A stretch of DNA of 62,780 nucleotides, the filler included, from Rhabdomonas costata (taxonomy: Eukaryota): the NCBI GenBank assembly GCA_019059605.1. It is 39 parts of 39 records of this genome, joined end to end, with 100 filler letters (N's around TTAATTAATTAA, not from the genome) between each part and the next. Parts side by side here need not be neighbours in the genome. Positions count along the whole stretch, not along the records: positions 61,269 to 62,780 come from JAHMHO010014135.1; 38 more parts are not named here. One strand, written 5' to 3'. A model generated the notes under the pieces. The model searched no databases, was not told the origin of the DNA, and worked only from the letters and a program-made list of their open reading frames with translations. Within the stretch, counting starts at the first letter, position 1, and each line of letters starts with the position of its first letter. Positions 61,807 through 62,780 of the stretch are shown here, piece after piece. A program made the translations under genes and the position numbers.

Positions 61807-62717
61807 TTACTTCCTGGCGTCCTTCCAGTTGTCCAGGAACCATTGGTAAGACAGCTTGAGGGCTTCCGGCAGAGTGGTCTTCGCCTTCCATCCGAGCTCA
61901 GTCAGCCGGTGCACGTCCAGGAGCTTTCGGGGGGTGCCATCCGGCATGGCGCTGTTCCAAACAATCTCTCCCTTGAACCCCACAATGTCCTTGATCATCA
62001 AAGCCAGTTCCTAAAAAAAACACGCTCAAAAAGGAAGACAAGACACGAATGTGTGTACCACATCCTCTCACAAAACTTTGATGGGTGTGAGTGTTTGCGT
62101 GAAGCGAATCGCGCGTCGTAAGCTGTTTGCTACGAGGTTGCTACCACGGTGCTCTAGCACCGACAACGAGCTTATAGTAGCACAACCAAAGAAACAAGCA
62201 ACGAGGGCAAAATCACATTTCGTTCCCGCGTTAGGCGTGTCAGATGCCAGTGTTAAAAGTGAAGCCGTTAGAAGGGCTTTGCAAACTACGCACAGGACAC
62301 TTGCATCACCCTTGCAATTCCTTGCAATTCTTTTTTTGTTACTGGAATCCCAGGGGCCACGTGCCAATCATCTTCAAACCATCATGGGACTTCTACTCGG
62401 GAATGTGGGCAGAAAGTGGTTGCGCCGCAACGACGGTGGATTTATAGATCGCGTCGGAATAGGATGCAATCGACAACGTCAGCAATAATCAACAAAGAAA
62501 ACACGAAGGCCAGTCGTGCAGGCATGCGCTCACAAAAACTCTGAAAACCACGGTATTGGGCCATGCACCTAAATACAGGTGTTGAACCACCCCCAATGAT
62601 AATGGCATCAAGTGCGCTGCGAAAAAACATCGCACACGCCCAAATCCCGATATTGGTACACACCTTGATGGTGATGTCCGAGCCCACGCCAACGTTCATG
62701 AACATCTTCTCCTCCTC
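61807..62717 (-). CDS. GFUS: GDP-L-fucose synthase (GDP-4-keto-6-deoxymannose epimerase/reductase), last two exons (62717-62664, 62010-61807)
   Basis: FMNVGVGSDITIK|ELALMIKDIVGFKGEIVWNSAMPDGTPRKLLDVHRLTELGW...YQWFLDN...ARK* is the WcaG/GER/FX C-terminus. Phase-0 GT-AG intron. Confidence 0.95.
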
Positions 62718-62780
62718 CTAGTAAAATACAATTCAACGAATCAAAAAATCAATCGCGGTAAGCCCGAAAACCAACCAAAA

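Noticed and set aside
642..62705. Most ORFs in the supplied track, including those ending in X...LIN
   Set aside because: Short overlapping frames with alternative starts in intron-rich DNA or running into spacers; only exon-supported portions were kept.
8066..62717. Euglenid nonconventional (non-GT/GC-AG, end-paired) introns
   Set aside because: Every junction I could anchor by homology or phase was explained by GT-AG or GC-AG; none can be claimed without cDNA.
61807..62717. Bacterial contamination or recent transfer of wcaG
   Set aside because: The gene has a spliceosomal intron, and this C-terminus is similarly conserved in eukaryotic GDP-fucose synthases.
1..62780. Nanochromosomes or gene-sized minichromosomes with telomeric ends
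   Set aside because: End tracts have no fixed repeat unit and the wrong strand polarity, genes are truncated at the edges, and uniform length reflects sorting.
1..62780. tRNA, rRNA, 5S or spliced-leader RNA genes
   Set aside because: No cloverleaf, T-loop context or conserved rRNA/SL sequence recognised by eye; an Infernal or tRNAscan-SE run would be needed to exclude them.

Overview
This is not one locus. It is a pseudo-scaffold of 39 unrelated contigs of nearly identical length (about 1507-1520 bp), joined by 38 artificial 100-bp spacers (44 N + TTAATTAATTAA + 44 N). Gene neighbourhood across spacers is meaningless, so no operon-type system can be inferred. The DNA is from an intron-rich eukaryote with GC-rich exons and spliceosomal introns. 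A euglenozoan (euglenid or diplonemid) is my inference, based on a trypanosomatid-like PMCA sequence. Contig ends carry G/T-only 5' heads and C/A-only 3' tails, and several carry fold-back inversions, which points to whole-genome amplification. Hand-spliced fragments give recognisable genes: RecQ helicase, TRM61, CWF19L1, a STE7/MAP2K kinase, PMCA, RPC2, GDP-L-fucose synthase, a J-domain protein, an AMFR/RIN2-like ERAD E3 ligase and a histidine-acid-phosphatase-like protein, plus many hypothetical exons. The best biological leads are an apparently high use of GC-AG introns (one anchored by homology), a tandem J/pseudo-J protein, an acid phosphatase with GHRE in place of HD, a motif-divergent RecQ and a CRE-like retrotransposon fragment. 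All family assignments come from recalled motifs, not database searches. I found no rRNA, tRNA, CRISPR array or clearly novel multi-gene system.
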